Assembly: GCA_034002925.1 (NCBI GenBank)
Contig: JAVEZP010000002.1
Span: 16,655-80,654 of the forward strand
Reading direction: 5' to 3'
Source of the DNA: Patescibacteria group bacterium
Lineage (GTDB): Bacteria > Patescibacteriota > Patescibacteriia > Patescibacteriales > UBA12465
DNA length: 64,000 nucleotides
The first letter of the stretch is position 1, and the number at the start of each line of letters is the position of its first letter. The position numbers and the translations under genes were made by a program. Under the pieces are notes generated by a model, which was given only the letters and a program-made list of their open reading frames with translations, was not told where the DNA came from and did no database searches. This document shows positions 9,720 to 19,731 of the stretch, piece after piece.

Positions 9720-9828
9720 TGTAAATCGCCCGTCTAGCATATAAACAAGACGTTATAGAGGATGGTGCCTCTCACCTGGGATTTACATCAGCCGAAAGTT
9801 TTTACTCGAGTAAACTTTCGGCTTTTTT
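9720..9828 (+). ncRNA. Candidate small structured RNA: three-stem junction plus intrinsic terminator; family unknown
   Basis: P1 is tgtaaatc (9720-27) with gatttaca (9780-87). The inner hairpins are cgtct..agacg and gagg..cctc. An 11-bp terminator stem at 9791-9822 follows directly, then TTTTTT. No ORF of 60 aa or more. The strand is inferred from the T-run only. Confidence 0.35.
9791..9828 (+). terminator. Intrinsic terminator, plus-strand polarity
   Basis: Stem gccgaaagttt/aaactttcggc (11 bp) followed by tttttt on the plus strand. On the minus strand, just after the uvrA stop, no T-run follows. Confidence 0.7.
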
Positions 9829-12364
9829 ATTTTATTTTAATCTTCTGATTAGCTTCTTTTTTAAAGATTTCTTTTAAATACTTACCAGTTAAGCTAGTTT
9901 CACTATTAGCAACTTCCTCAGGTGTTCCTTTGGCAATGAGTTTTCCACCTTTATCTCCTCCATCTGGACCTAAGTCAATAATATAATCCATGGATTTTAA
10001 CATGTGTAGATTATGCTCAATCACTAAGACGGAATTACTTTTTTCTACCAGTTTATTTAACACCTTCAACAGCATTTCAATATCATGATAATGTAGACCG
10101 GTGGTTGGCTCGTCTAATAAATATAGGGTTCTCTTACCTAGAGTGTGAGTTAATTCTTTACCAATTTTAATTCTTTGGGCTTCTCCTCCGGACAAAGTGG
10201 TGGCTGATTGCCCTATTTTAATATAACCTAAACCTACCGATTGTAATACTTTTAATTTATCAACGATATAATAATTATCACCAAAATAATCAATCGCTTC
10301 ATCAATACTCATCTCCAGCACATCCGCAATATTCTTGCCCTTATATTTTACTTGCAAAGTTTCACGATTAAAGCGTTTGCCTCGACAAATTTCGCATTCT
10401 ACCAGCACGGGGGGAAGAAAATGCATTTCAATTAGATTAGATCCTGCCCCCTGACAGGCCTCACAACGCCCTCCAGGACGATTAAAAGAGAAACGAGAGA
10501 GTGAATAGCCTCTTTCTTGTGAAGCTGGTAAAGCGGCAAAAAAATCACGAATTGGGGTAAAGATGCCGGTATAAGTAGCGGGGTTTGATCTGGGGGTACG
10601 GCCAATTGGTGATTGATCAATCATGACAATCTTATTAATATATTCTGTGCCTTTAATTTCTTTAGCTCCTTGTATTTTGTCTTTCTTGCCAGGATTATTT
10701 TTAATGTAGTTTAAATTTTTATACAGCACGTCATATAATAATGATGATTTACCACTACCAGAAACACCACTTAATCCTACTAATCTGCCCAAGGGGATAT
10801 CTACATTAATATTTTTTAAATTATTAACTCTAGCTCCTCTAATTTTAAGTGTACCGTGATTTTGTTGTCGACGCTTATCAGGTAGCTCTATCTGACGTTT
10901 ATTAATTAAATATTCTATTGTCATTGAACTACTAATACCACTACTTCGAGCTTTAGTTAATAAGTCTTTGGTATAACCTTGCACAGTTAATTGACCGCCA
11001 TGAATACCCGCTAAAGGCCCTAAGTCAATTAAATAATCAGAGCTTAAAATTGTACGTTCATCATGCTCAACAATAATCACAGTATTATTTTTATCTCTTA
11101 AAGTTTCTAGAGTTTTAATTAAACGATCGGTGTCGCGTTCGTGTAAGCCGATGGTAGGTTCATCTAAAACATAAAGAGTGCGTGATAGTTGAGAGCCAAT
11201 TTGTGAAGATAATCTAATTCTTTGTGCCTCTCCTCCTGATAAACTTTCCGCTTCTCTGTCTAAGGACAAATAATTTAAGCCCACTTGATTAAGAAAGTCT
11301 AAACGATTAATAATTTGTCCCATGACATTATCAGCAATTTGTAATTCTTTTTTATTCATTTTTTGATAATATTTCCAAAAAAAATCGTAGGCTTTGTCCA
11401 AACTAAAATTACTCACCTCTGCAATATTTTTATTATTTATTCTCACTGATAAAGATTCTTTTCGCATTCTTTGCCCATTACATTCAGGACAAATTTTGTT
11501 TGAATGAAAACCAATTTTACCCAAGCCAGCACATTGTGGACAAGCACCATGGGGAGAGTTAAAAGAAAAGAGACGAGGCTCTACTTCAGGGAAAGAAAAG
11601 CCATCATTAGGACAAGTCCAGTTAGAGGATAATAAAAATTCTTTTCCAGCAAAAGAAGCAATTACTAAACCCTGACTATAACTAATAGCAGCTTCCACTG
11701 CCTCAAATAAACGACTTTCATCACTAGGCATTAATTTATCAACTACAATATCAATGTTGTGTTTAGTTTTAGGATTTAATTTTACTTTTTCTCTGAGACG
11801 ATGGATTTTGCCATCAATGCGAACTTCGTAATAACCGAGTGCGAGATAATCATACATTAACTGATAATATTCGCCTTTACGATCGCGTACCACTGGGCTT
11901 AAAATATCAACCTGCTCTGCCTTTAATTCTCGGCTACGATTAATAATGATATCCACCATTTCTTCTAAAGAAAGCTTTTCAATTTTTAAACCACAATGAG
12001 GACAAAAAACTTCACCTAAGCGTGCATAAAGAACACGCAGATAATCATGAATTTCTGTGAGTGTGCCAACAGTTGAGCGAGGATTATGAGAAAGAGCTTT
12101 TTGGTCAATAGCGATAGCTGGGGCTAAGCCAATGATTTCGTCAACTTCCGCGGGTTTTTTTTGACCTAAAAATTGACGCATATAAGGGGACAAGGATTCA
12201 ATGTATTGTCTTTGCCCCTCAGCAAAAATAGTGTCAAAAGCTAAAGATGATTTGCCACTACCAGAAACACCACTAATAACCGTTAAGGCATTATGCGGTA
12301 TTTCGACGTTAATATTTTTTAAGTTATGCATTCTTGCTCCCTTGATAATTATTTTATCTTTCAT
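9827..12364 (-). CDS. uvrA: Excinuclease ABC subunit A
   Basis: Two ABC modules (GVSGSGKSSL twice, LSGGEAQR twice) and Zn-finger Cys pairs. The start is set at MKDKIIIKGARMHNLKNI (ATG 12364). The track ORF extends to 12415. Confidence 0.95.
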   Translation of the reverse strand: MKDKIIIKGARMHNLKNINVEIPHNALTVISGVSGSGKSSLAFDTIFAEGQRQYIESLSPYMRQFLGQKKPAEVDEIIGLAPAIAIDQKALSHNPRSTVGTLTEIHDYLRVLYARLGEVFCPHCGLKIEKLSLEEMVDIIINRSRELKAEQVDILSPVVRDRKGEYYQLMYDYLALGYYEVRIDGKIHRLREKVKLNPKTKHNIDIVVDKLMPSDESRLFEAVEAAISYSQGLVIASFAGKEFLLSSNWTCPNDGFSFPEVEPRLFSFNSPHGACPQCAGLGKIGFHSNKICPECNGQRMRKESLSVRINNKNIAEVSNFSLDKAYDFFWKYYQKMNKKELQIADNVMGQIINRLDFLNQVGLNYLSLDREAESLSGGEAQRIRLSSQIGSQLSRTLYVLDEPTIGLHERDTDRLIKTLETLRDKNNTVIIVEHDERTILSSDYLIDLGPLAGIHGGQLTVQGYTKDLLTKARSSGISSSMTIEYLINKRQIELPDKRRQQNHGTLKIRGARVNNLKNINVDIPLGRLVGLSGVSGSGKSSLLYDVLYKNLNYIKNNPGKKDKIQGAKEIKGTEYINKIVMIDQSPIGRTPRSNPATYTGIFTPIRDFFAALPASQERGYSLSRFSFNRPGGRCEACQGAGSNLIEMHFLPPVLVECEICRGKRFNRETLQVKYKGKNIADVLEMSIDEAIDYFGDNYYIVDKLKVLQSVGLGYIKIGQSATTLSGGEAQRIKIGKELTHTLGKRTLYLLDEPTTGLHYHDIEMLLKVLNKLVEKSNSVLVIEHNLHMLKSMDYIIDLGPDGGDKGGKLIAKGTPEEVANSETSLTGKYLKEIFKKEANQKIKIK

Positions 12365-14252
12365 ATTTTTTCTTTGTTTTCTGTTTAGTTGTTTTTGTCT
12401 TTTTATCAGTCTCATCTATGGGTTCAAAATCAAGCATACTTTCAATCTTTTTAATAATAGTTTTAGCTTCAATATTATGCTTTTTATTATAAGCTAATTG
12501 CTTAATACGACGTCTTTTAGATTCAGACATTGCCTTAGCCATAGAAGCTGTAATTTTATCTGCATAAAGAATAATTTGACCCGATACATTTCTAGCCGCT
12601 CGACCCATAGTTTGTAATAATGAAGTTTGGCTTCTTAAAAATCCTTCACGATCAGCATCTAAAATAGCTACTAATGTTACTTCTGGTAGATCTAAACCTT
12701 CTCTTAAAAGATTAACACCAATTAAGACGTCAAAAACACCTTCGCGAAAAGATTTCAAAATATCAGTGCGTTCAAAAGTTTTAATATCAGAATGAAGATA
12801 ATTAGCTTTAATGCCTTTTTGATTTAAAAAAGCACTTAAATCTTCAGCTTGTTTTTTTGTGAGCGTATTAATAATTACTCTTTCGTTTTTAGCGGCTAAT
12901 CTCACGGCCTCACTCATGACATCATCTATCTGACTATAGTTTTTTTCTCGATCAAAAACTGGTCTAATTTCAATTTCAGGATCAACTAAGCCGGTTGGTC
13001 TAATTACTTGCTCAACTATCTGTTCTGATTTTTCTAATTCATAAGGACCGGGGGTGGCACTAGTACAAATAACTTGTGCTACTCTTTCGCTGAATTCGTT
13101 AAATTTTAAAGGCCTGTTATCTAAGGCACTAGGTAAGCGCCAACCATATTTTACTAAAGTGTCTTTACGAGAGCGGTCACCATTATACATTCCTCTAATT
13201 TGAGGAATGGTGATATGAGATTCGTCAATAATAGTGAGATAATCTGCTTTCCCTTCTTCGGTGACAGGAAAATAACTCAGCAAGGAATCTGGAGCTGAGC
13301 CCGCTAATTTACCCGATAGATGGCGTGAATAGTTCTCAATGCCATGACAATAACCCAAACTACGCAACATTTCGATGTCATAGCGAGTACGTCGTTGCAA
13401 TCTTTCAGCTTCTAAATATAGTTTATTTTTTGTAAAATATGCTAAGCGATCTTTTAGTTCAGCTTCAATACTTTTAATTGCCTGTTCAATTTGTGGCGCA
13501 TTGGAAATAAAATGTTTTGGTGGAAAAATCACAATTTCTTCTAAATCTTCAATAATTTTTTGACTAATGTTATCTATAATATTTAATTCATTGACTTTTT
13601 GTTCTCTTAGATCTGCTCGGTAGATAATATTTTCTGACATTGGTCTGATTTCAAAAATATCACCTCGTACTCTAAATTCACCTCTTTTAATGTTTGTGCT
13701 ATTTCTTTTAAAATGCATGCTTACCAGTTGTCTAATTAAGTCATTTCTGGTAATAATTTGATTTTTTTCTAAGTGTAGAGATGCCTCTAAATAATTTAAA
13801 GGTACGCCTAAATTATAGATACAGGAGACTGAAGCAACAATAATTACATCTTTACGACTTAAAAGCGCTGAGGTGGCAGCATGACGCAGACGATCCATTT
13901 CTTCATTAATCATGGCTTCTTTATCAATATAAGTATCAGTAATAGGGAGATAGGCTTCTGGCTGATAATAATCATAATAAGAAACAAAGTAGTGCACTGC
14001 ATTATCTGGGAAATAATTCTTATACTCACGATATAGCTGTGCGGCTAAGGCTTTATTAGGAGCAATTACTAAAGTAGGTTTATTGTAAAGGGCAATTAAA
14101 TTAGCAGCCGTAAAAGTTTTGCCCGAACCAGTGACTCCTAATAAAGTTTGATACGACAAACCTTGCTCAAGTCCTTGGCTGAGTTTTTTAATAGCTTCTG
14201 GCTGATCACCGGCTGGTTTATAATCTGATTTTAAATTAAATAATTGAGACAT
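12354..14252 (-). CDS. uvrB: Excinuclease ABC subunit B
   Basis: Helicase motifs GVTGSGKTF and DESH, plus the UvrB-typical N-terminus MSQLFNLKSDYKPAGDQPEAI. Its 3' end overlaps the uvrA start by 11 nt. Confidence 0.95.
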   Translation of the reverse strand: MSQLFNLKSDYKPAGDQPEAIKKLSQGLEQGLSYQTLLGVTGSGKTFTAANLIALYNKPTLVIAPNKALAAQLYREYKNYFPDNAVHYFVSYYDYYQPEAYLPITDTYIDKEAMINEEMDRLRHAATSALLSRKDVIIVASVSCIYNLGVPLNYLEASLHLEKNQIITRNDLIRQLVSMHFKRNSTNIKRGEFRVRGDIFEIRPMSENIIYRADLREQKVNELNIIDNISQKIIEDLEEIVIFPPKHFISNAPQIEQAIKSIEAELKDRLAYFTKNKLYLEAERLQRRTRYDIEMLRSLGYCHGIENYSRHLSGKLAGSAPDSLLSYFPVTEEGKADYLTIIDESHITIPQIRGMYNGDRSRKDTLVKYGWRLPSALDNRPLKFNEFSERVAQVICTSATPGPYELEKSEQIVEQVIRPTGLVDPEIEIRPVFDREKNYSQIDDVMSEAVRLAAKNERVIINTLTKKQAEDLSAFLNQKGIKANYLHSDIKTFERTDILKSFREGVFDVLIGVNLLREGLDLPEVTLVAILDADREGFLRSQTSLLQTMGRAARNVSGQIILYADKITASMAKAMSESKRRRIKQLAYNKKHNIEAKTIIKKIESMLDFEPIDETDKKTKTTKQKTKKKYER

Positions 14253-14317
14253 GATCTTAAAGACACTAAAATCGGAAATCTCTTTCCGATTTCATAAATT
14301 TTATTTTTTTGATTTTT

Positions 14318-15244
14318 CTAACTTTTTAAACTTTTTTCTGCTACTTTTAATTTATTAGCTGATTGGCGTAGTTGTTTTTTTTCTAAAGCAGATAAATTTA
14401 GATCAACTTCCCTGATTAAACCCTTAGCTCCAATAACAGCTGGCAGACTCAAAGACACATCTTTAATACCAAAGCGTCCATTTAAAGGATGAGAGACAGT
14501 GTAGACCGTTTTTTTATCATAGAACACCGCTTTAGTTAATTTCACTAAGCCAGCAGCAATCGCGTAATAGGTTGATTGCTTACCATCAATAATAGCGTAA
14601 GCAGCATTCTTGGCTTGTTGAAAAATTAATTCTTTCTCAGTTTTATTAATTTTTTGGAATTTATCTAAAGGCGTGTTCCCTACCGTAGCCGTGCTCCAGA
14701 GCGCTAATTCACTATCACCGTGTTCGCCAACAATGTAGGCATGTACACTCTTAGGATTAACATCTATTTTTTCACCTAATAAAAAGCGGAAACGAGCGCT
14801 ATCTAAAATTGTGCCCGAACCAAAAATTTGCTGTTTTTTCTTGGGAAACATTTTAATAGCAATATTAGTTAAAATATCCACTGGATTACTTACCATAATT
14901 ACAATAATATCAGGGTTTTCTTGGAAAATTTTAGGCATTATCTCTTTAATGATAGAGGCATTTTTTTGCAATAAATCTAATCTTGTTTCACCTCGTTTTT
15001 GCGCAGCTCCACAAGTAATAATTACCACCTTACTATCTTTTAAATCTTTATAAGTTCCTTTTTTTATTTCAGTATAACCCCAGAAAGGAACAGAGTGTTG
15101 TAAGTCCATTACTTGGGCATTAACTAGTTTTTGATTAATATCTAATAAAGCAATTTCTTCAGTAATATCAGAGGCAATTAAGCCATAGGCAGTAGTGCTA
15201 CCGACCATGCCGGCGCCGATAATACTAACTTTATTTTTCATCAT
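14318..15244 (-). CDS. ldh: L-lactate dehydrogenase
   Basis: Contains GAGMVGS (NAD binding), GAAQKRGETRLDL (Gln at the substrate-specificity position, LDH-like) and GEHGDS. Confidence 0.85.
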   Translation of the reverse strand: MMKNKVSIIGAGMVGSTTAYGLIASDITEEIALLDINQKLVNAQVMDLQHSVPFWGYTEIKKGTYKDLKDSKVVIITCGAAQKRGETRLDLLQKNASIIKEIMPKIFQENPDIIVIMVSNPVDILTNIAIKMFPKKKQQIFGSGTILDSARFRFLLGEKIDVNPKSVHAYIVGEHGDSELALWSTATVGNTPLDKFQKINKTEKELIFQQAKNAAYAIIDGKQSTYYAIAAGLVKLTKAVFYDKKTVYTVSHPLNGRFGIKDVSLSLPAVIGAKGLIREVDLNLSALEKKQLRQSANKLKVAEKSLKS

Positions 15245-15338
15245 AAAATTATAATAATTTATTTCTTATATCCATTATATTAGCATAAATTATAGAAATA
15301 ATCTATTTAAAAAACAAGCTAAGAATAATATAGCTTGT

Positions 15339-15743
15339 TTATTGAAAGAATTTACGAGTTTTGTCTAAAATATAACCATAGAGCCACGCGAAACATAGGT
15401 TGTCCGCTAAATAAATCAGAGCTGTCAAAGCAATAGATCTGCTCGGTACTTGCATTATTATAGCCGCTAAACAGTAAAGCGGTATTTGATAACAAGATAA
15501 GGCGATGGCATCAGCTAAAATTTTAGGCATAAGACTACGAAAATAATCAATTAAGTAGTCTAAAAGAAAGAGTAAGGCGTAGCGCAAGAAGATATAAATG
15601 CCTCTTGCCCCCAACCAATCTAACCAAGTGAGACCAATAATTACTTTTTCGTAGAGAATGGTTAACGCAAAAGTAATCAGGCCATAAATAATCGTTGCGA
15701 TCAAATTGTCGCGTGATCTTTGCCATAAAGACTTGCGTTCCAT
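15339..15743 (-). CDS. AlaE-like small membrane exporter (putative L-alanine exporter family)
   Basis: The start is set at MERKS. The extended track ORF (to 15833) covers a hairpin plus T-run that follows prs. Four-helix pattern with C-terminus YGYILDKTRKFF, resembling E. coli AlaE YGYFLDYCRRLF (recalled). Confidence 0.5.
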   Translation of the reverse strand: MERKSLWQRSRDNLIATIIYGLITFALTILYEKVIIGLTWLDWLGARGIYIFLRYALLFLLDYLIDYFRSLMPKILADAIALSCYQIPLYCLAAIIMQVPSRSIALTALIYLADNLCFAWLYGYILDKTRKFFQ

Positions 15744-15837
15744 TTTAATGTTGTTAAGGTAATATCTAATTAGAGCATAATTTTTATTTTTTGTAAATAT
15801 AAAAAACCGCTTTCTTGATGAAAACGGTTTCACAGAC

Positions 15838-16863
15838 TTAAGTTTGGATAATCTGATACAAAACAGAAGCTAATACTTGTGCCACTGAAACATCTACAAT
15901 TTTTCCGCCGGTGCGATTTGTCTCGCCACGAGGAATAGTGTTGCCGGAAATAATACGATCAAAAGGATTTAAATAGAATAAAGTATATTTCCAGCCATTA
16001 ACGCAAACCGGATGGGTAAAGGCGAAATAAACTGCTTTCGCGCCCAAATTTTTTAATTTATGAGCTGTATTATTAGCTGTTCCGCCTGATGCCATTTCAT
16101 CATCTATCATAATGATATTAGCGTTTTGGAAGAGGCTTTCTTGAACATGATGTAATTCGTTAAAATTGAATTTTTGGCGATAAGCATCCACTAAAATACT
16201 AATTTCATCAGCATTCAGTTCAATAATCTCTGTTTGATTATTGTGTTTTCGCCTTTTTAAATCGAACATCACGATACTATCTTTCATTTTACGAGCATGA
16301 GCAATGGCTCTAGCAATTGATCCTTCATCGGGTGAATAAAAAACAACTTTAGCATCACGCGGCACGATAGTTTTTAAATCTTGACTAAAATCCATGTAAG
16401 CAGGATGAAAATTAATTCCATATTCTTTGGCATAATTTTCAAAAGCTTCAGAATGAGGAGTGCACACGATCAAATCATCTACCCCAGCGTGAGCTAGAAA
16501 GCTCATATATTGACGTAAATACTGCATCTCCCATTTTTTTTCTTCGTGGTCACAACGTCGTAATAGGTTAAACGGGTTGACGGCAATTAATCTTTTGGCA
16601 GCATATTGATGTTTAAAGGCCCAAGATAAGCTAAGGTAATCATATAAATCTTCCTTGTTTAATAAGGAGTCAAAAAAGACAATATTTTTACCTTTTATCT
16701 GTTCGTGTTTAATAATACGGTCATTGGGACAAGAATCTCGCCAAATGCCAAAGTCAATGAATTCATATCTTAGAGCTTCCCCAAGATATTCTCCTAATTT
16801 CAATAATAGCTCCTGAGATAAAGAGCCATTGTCTTTACCACAATAAAAAAGGTAGTCTTGCAT
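15838..16863 (-). CDS. prs: Ribose-phosphate pyrophosphokinase-like phosphoribosyltransferase
   Basis: PRPP-binding loop IIMIDDEMASGGTANN and a two-domain PRTase layout. The N-terminal half is divergent. Confidence 0.7.
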   Translation of the reverse strand: MQDYLFYCGKDNGSLSQELLLKLGEYLGEALRYEFIDFGIWRDSCPNDRIIKHEQIKGKNIVFFDSLLNKEDLYDYLSLSWAFKHQYAAKRLIAVNPFNLLRRCDHEEKKWEMQYLRQYMSFLAHAGVDDLIVCTPHSEAFENYAKEYGINFHPAYMDFSQDLKTIVPRDAKVVFYSPDEGSIARAIAHARKMKDSIVMFDLKRRKHNNQTEIIELNADEISILVDAYRQKFNFNELHHVQESLFQNANIIMIDDEMASGGTANNTAHKLKNLGAKAVYFAFTHPVCVNGWKYTLFYLNPFDRIISGNTIPRGETNRTGGKIVDVSVAQVLASVLYQIIQT

Positions 16864-16910
16864 GTGTAATTGGTATTAAATTTATAAAGAACTATTAACT
16901 AAGCAAAATA

Positions 16911-19649
16911 TCAATTTTTTGTTATCTTGTCAATTTTTTTGGATTGCAGCCATTTAAATAATTCCATCCCCAATAGAATACTACTAGCTAACAGTAACAA
17001 GAAAAACCAATCATGCAAACGGATGGGCTCGAGTTTTAGGCTTTTTTGAAAAAACGGAATATAAGTAGCGGCAATGTGCAAAGATTGAGCTGTAATAACA
17101 CCAAAAATTAGTAATAAATTATTTTTTAAGGGGAGGCGAAAGGTTGATTTTTCTTCTGAGCGACAATTAAAAGCATGAATACTTTGAAATAAGACCATTA
17201 ACATTAAGATATAATTACTAGCATAACGAGGACTCTCTCCGCTGTTAATTAAATAAGCCCAAGTAAAAAAACTAATCACAGCCATGATTAAGCCAGAAAT
17301 AAGCACTTGCTTAGTCATTAAGTTGTTGAATATGCCTTCTTGGGGAGGTCTGGGGGTTTTGTTCATTTCATTTTTCTCTTTAGATTCAAAGGCTAGGGCC
17401 ACGTCTTGAATACCATTAGTAACCACATTCAGCCACAATAACTGAGATGCGCCCAAAGGTAGTAAGAGATTATCTGGCGATAACCAAACACTAGCGATGA
17501 TTGCTAAAAGAAAAATACCGATTTCAGCTGCTCCACTAGAAATTACAAAATATACCACTTTTCTTACATTGTTATAAGCTACCCTGCCCTCTTCAATAGC
17601 GCTCACAATGGAGGCAAAATTATCATTTTTTACAATCATTAAAGAAGTTTCCTTAGCTACATCAGTGCCTGAGCCCATCGCTACGCCAATATGAGCGCTC
17701 TTCATGGCTGGAGCATCATTTACGCCATCACCGGTAACAGCTACAAAATGACCTAATTGCACTAAAGCTTTTACAATTTTTACTTTTTGTAAAGGTGAGA
17801 CACCAGCAAAAACTTTTATTCTTTTTATTATTTCTAAAAACTCTGGAGTTATTTCAATGTGAGGATCTAGTTTCTCGCCATTGATAACTTCTTCTTTGTT
17901 ATTGGCAATGCCTAATTCTTGCGCGATATGAAAAGCAGTTGCTGGATGATCACCGGTGACTATCTTTACACCAATGCCGGCTCGTTGGCATTCTTTAATT
18001 GCTGCTTTAGATTCTAGTCTCAAAGGATCAATAAAGCCAACTAAAGCTAAAAATTTAAGATTTTTAATTTTATTTTCAGAAAAACCGTTAATGTCAGTTG
18101 GCACTTCAGCCTTGTATGAACCTTGGGCTAAGGCTAAGACTCGATAGCCCTGTGCAGCTAACTGTAAACCCATCTCTTTAATTTCTTTATGATAAGCATC
18201 TTGTGGGCAAAATTCTAACACTTTAGCCACTGAGCCTTTAACAGCTAAATAATTTTTATTATTTTTTTGGTAAATTTCTGCTGCATAACGCCTCTCTGAT
18301 TCATAAGGAATACGTAATAATTTTATAACTGATTTTTCTAGTTTTTTAAAATCAAAATGAGCTTTATGTGCTAGAGCTAAAAAAGCTAAATCCATAGTAT
18401 CGCCATGTTGATACCATTTCTTATTTTTTTGATATAATCTCGCCTCATTAGCAAGCACCATCACCTCTAAGCTTTGATCTAATAATTTTTTATCACTATC
18501 TTGTATTTCTTTAAGACCTTCAATATCTCCTTCTGGTCGATAAGCGGCACCGCTAACTTTTAATTGAGTGCCACTAGCTAAATGGATAATTTTTGCTGTT
18601 TGTTGGTTAACCGTAAGCGTCCCGGTTTTATCACTAGCAATCATGGTGCAAGCCCCTAAGGCTTCCACCGCTGTTAATTGTCGCACAATTACATTGCGTC
18701 TTGACATTCGCGTAGTAGCCACTGATAAAGCAATGGTCATAGCTACTGGCAAACTTTCTGGGATAGCGGAAACAGCTAGGGCCACCGCTAAGAAAAAAGT
18801 ATCACTTAAAGCCATTCCTCGACTCAAAGCGACTGCAGCTAACAGAAAACACAAAAACAAAATAATAATGGCAATATTTTTAGTAAATTTTTCCATGCGC
18901 AGGATTAAGGGTGGTTTTACTCCTTGATCCTGATTAATTAAATTCGCAATTTTACCAACTTCAGTCTTTTGACCAATTGCTACCACAACTCCTAAGGCTC
19001 TGCCATTTAAGACAGTAGCTCCCGCAAAGACCATATTAACTTGTTGATTAATAGGCAAAGCTTTACTTAAATTTATAGCTTTTTTCTCAACTGCCTCTGA
19101 TTCACCAGTTAAAAAAGATTCATCGATACGCAGATTGCTACTTTCTATTAAACGAATATCAGCTGGTATTTTATAGCCGCTTTCTAAAATAACAATATCG
19201 CCAATAGTTAAGTATTTGGCCTCTATTTCTTGTTCTAAATTGTCACGACGCACTAAGCTTTTAATTTCTAATAAATTTTGTAAAGCCGCTGCGTTTTTTT
19301 CAGCTTTATTTTCTTGCCAAGCGCCCACCGCTGCATTTAAGAAAATAACCCCTCCAATAAAAACCAAATCTTCTATATGCCATAACATTAAAGAAATAGC
19401 AGCCGCTATTAAAAGAATATAAATCAAAGGGCTGAGAAATTGACGTAAAAATATTATGAGAAAACTAGGAGCTTGACGTTTTGGTAGAATATTTAGGGAA
19501 AATTCTTGTTGTCTTGCGTGCGCTTCTTGAGAACTTAAGCCCGAATCACTTACCCTTACTTCTTTTAATACTCTGTCTAAGCTTAACTTTGACCAATTAA
19601 AATCCGCTTTTTTGTTTTCTTTGTTCATATAAAATATTTTTACTATCAT
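16911..19649 (-). CDS. Cation-transporting P-type ATPase (P2, Ca2+/Mg2+-type)
   Basis: Contains TGES, DKTGTLT and TGDGVNDAPAMK, with about 10 TM helices. The start could be ATG 19628 (MNKENKK). Confidence 0.9.
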   Translation of the reverse strand: MIVKIFYMNKENKKADFNWSKLSLDRVLKEVRVSDSGLSSQEAHARQQEFSLNILPKRQAPSFLIIFLRQFLSPLIYILLIAAAISLMLWHIEDLVFIGGVIFLNAAVGAWQENKAEKNAAALQNLLEIKSLVRRDNLEQEIEAKYLTIGDIVILESGYKIPADIRLIESSNLRIDESFLTGESEAVEKKAINLSKALPINQQVNMVFAGATVLNGRALGVVVAIGQKTEVGKIANLINQDQGVKPPLILRMEKFTKNIAIIILFLCFLLAAVALSRGMALSDTFFLAVALAVSAIPESLPVAMTIALSVATTRMSRRNVIVRQLTAVEALGACTMIASDKTGTLTVNQQTAKIIHLASGTQLKVSGAAYRPEGDIEGLKEIQDSDKKLLDQSLEVMVLANEARLYQKNKKWYQHGDTMDLAFLALAHKAHFDFKKLEKSVIKLLRIPYESERRYAAEIYQKNNKNYLAVKGSVAKVLEFCPQDAYHKEIKEMGLQLAAQGYRVLALAQGSYKAEVPTDINGFSENKIKNLKFLALVGFIDPLRLESKAAIKECQRAGIGVKIVTGDHPATAFHIAQELGIANNKEEVINGEKLDPHIEITPEFLEIIKRIKVFAGVSPLQKVKIVKALVQLGHFVAVTGDGVNDAPAMKSAHIGVAMGSGTDVAKETSLMIVKNDNFASIVSAIEEGRVAYNNVRKVVYFVISSGAAEIGIFLLAIIASVWLSPDNLLLPLGASQLLWLNVVTNGIQDVALAFESKEKNEMNKTPRPPQEGIFNNLMTKQVLISGLIMAVISFFTWAYLINSGESPRYASNYILMLMVLFQSIHAFNCRSEEKSTFRLPLKNNLLLIFGVITAQSLHIAATYIPFFQKSLKLEPIRLHDWFFLLLLASSILLGMELFKWLQSKKIDKITKN

Positions 19650-19686
19650 TAATTATCTTAACAGAATTAAGTGTTTTTACAAAATA

Positions 19687-19713
19687 AAAAGACGTTATTA
19701 ATTAACGTCTTTT
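19687..19713 (-). terminator. Hairpin terminator after the cupin gene
   Basis: Stem aaaagacgtta/taacgtctttt (11 bp) with loop ttaat and A/T runs on both sides. Confidence 0.65.
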
Positions 19714-19731
19714 ATTCTTAAGTTAAATTAA

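Noticed and set aside
9783-9795. Hammerhead-like CUGAUG on the minus strand (ggCTGATGtaaatc)
   Set aside because: The core is CUGAUGU rather than CUGAUGA. No GAAA or cleavage-site arrangement with three stems could be built.
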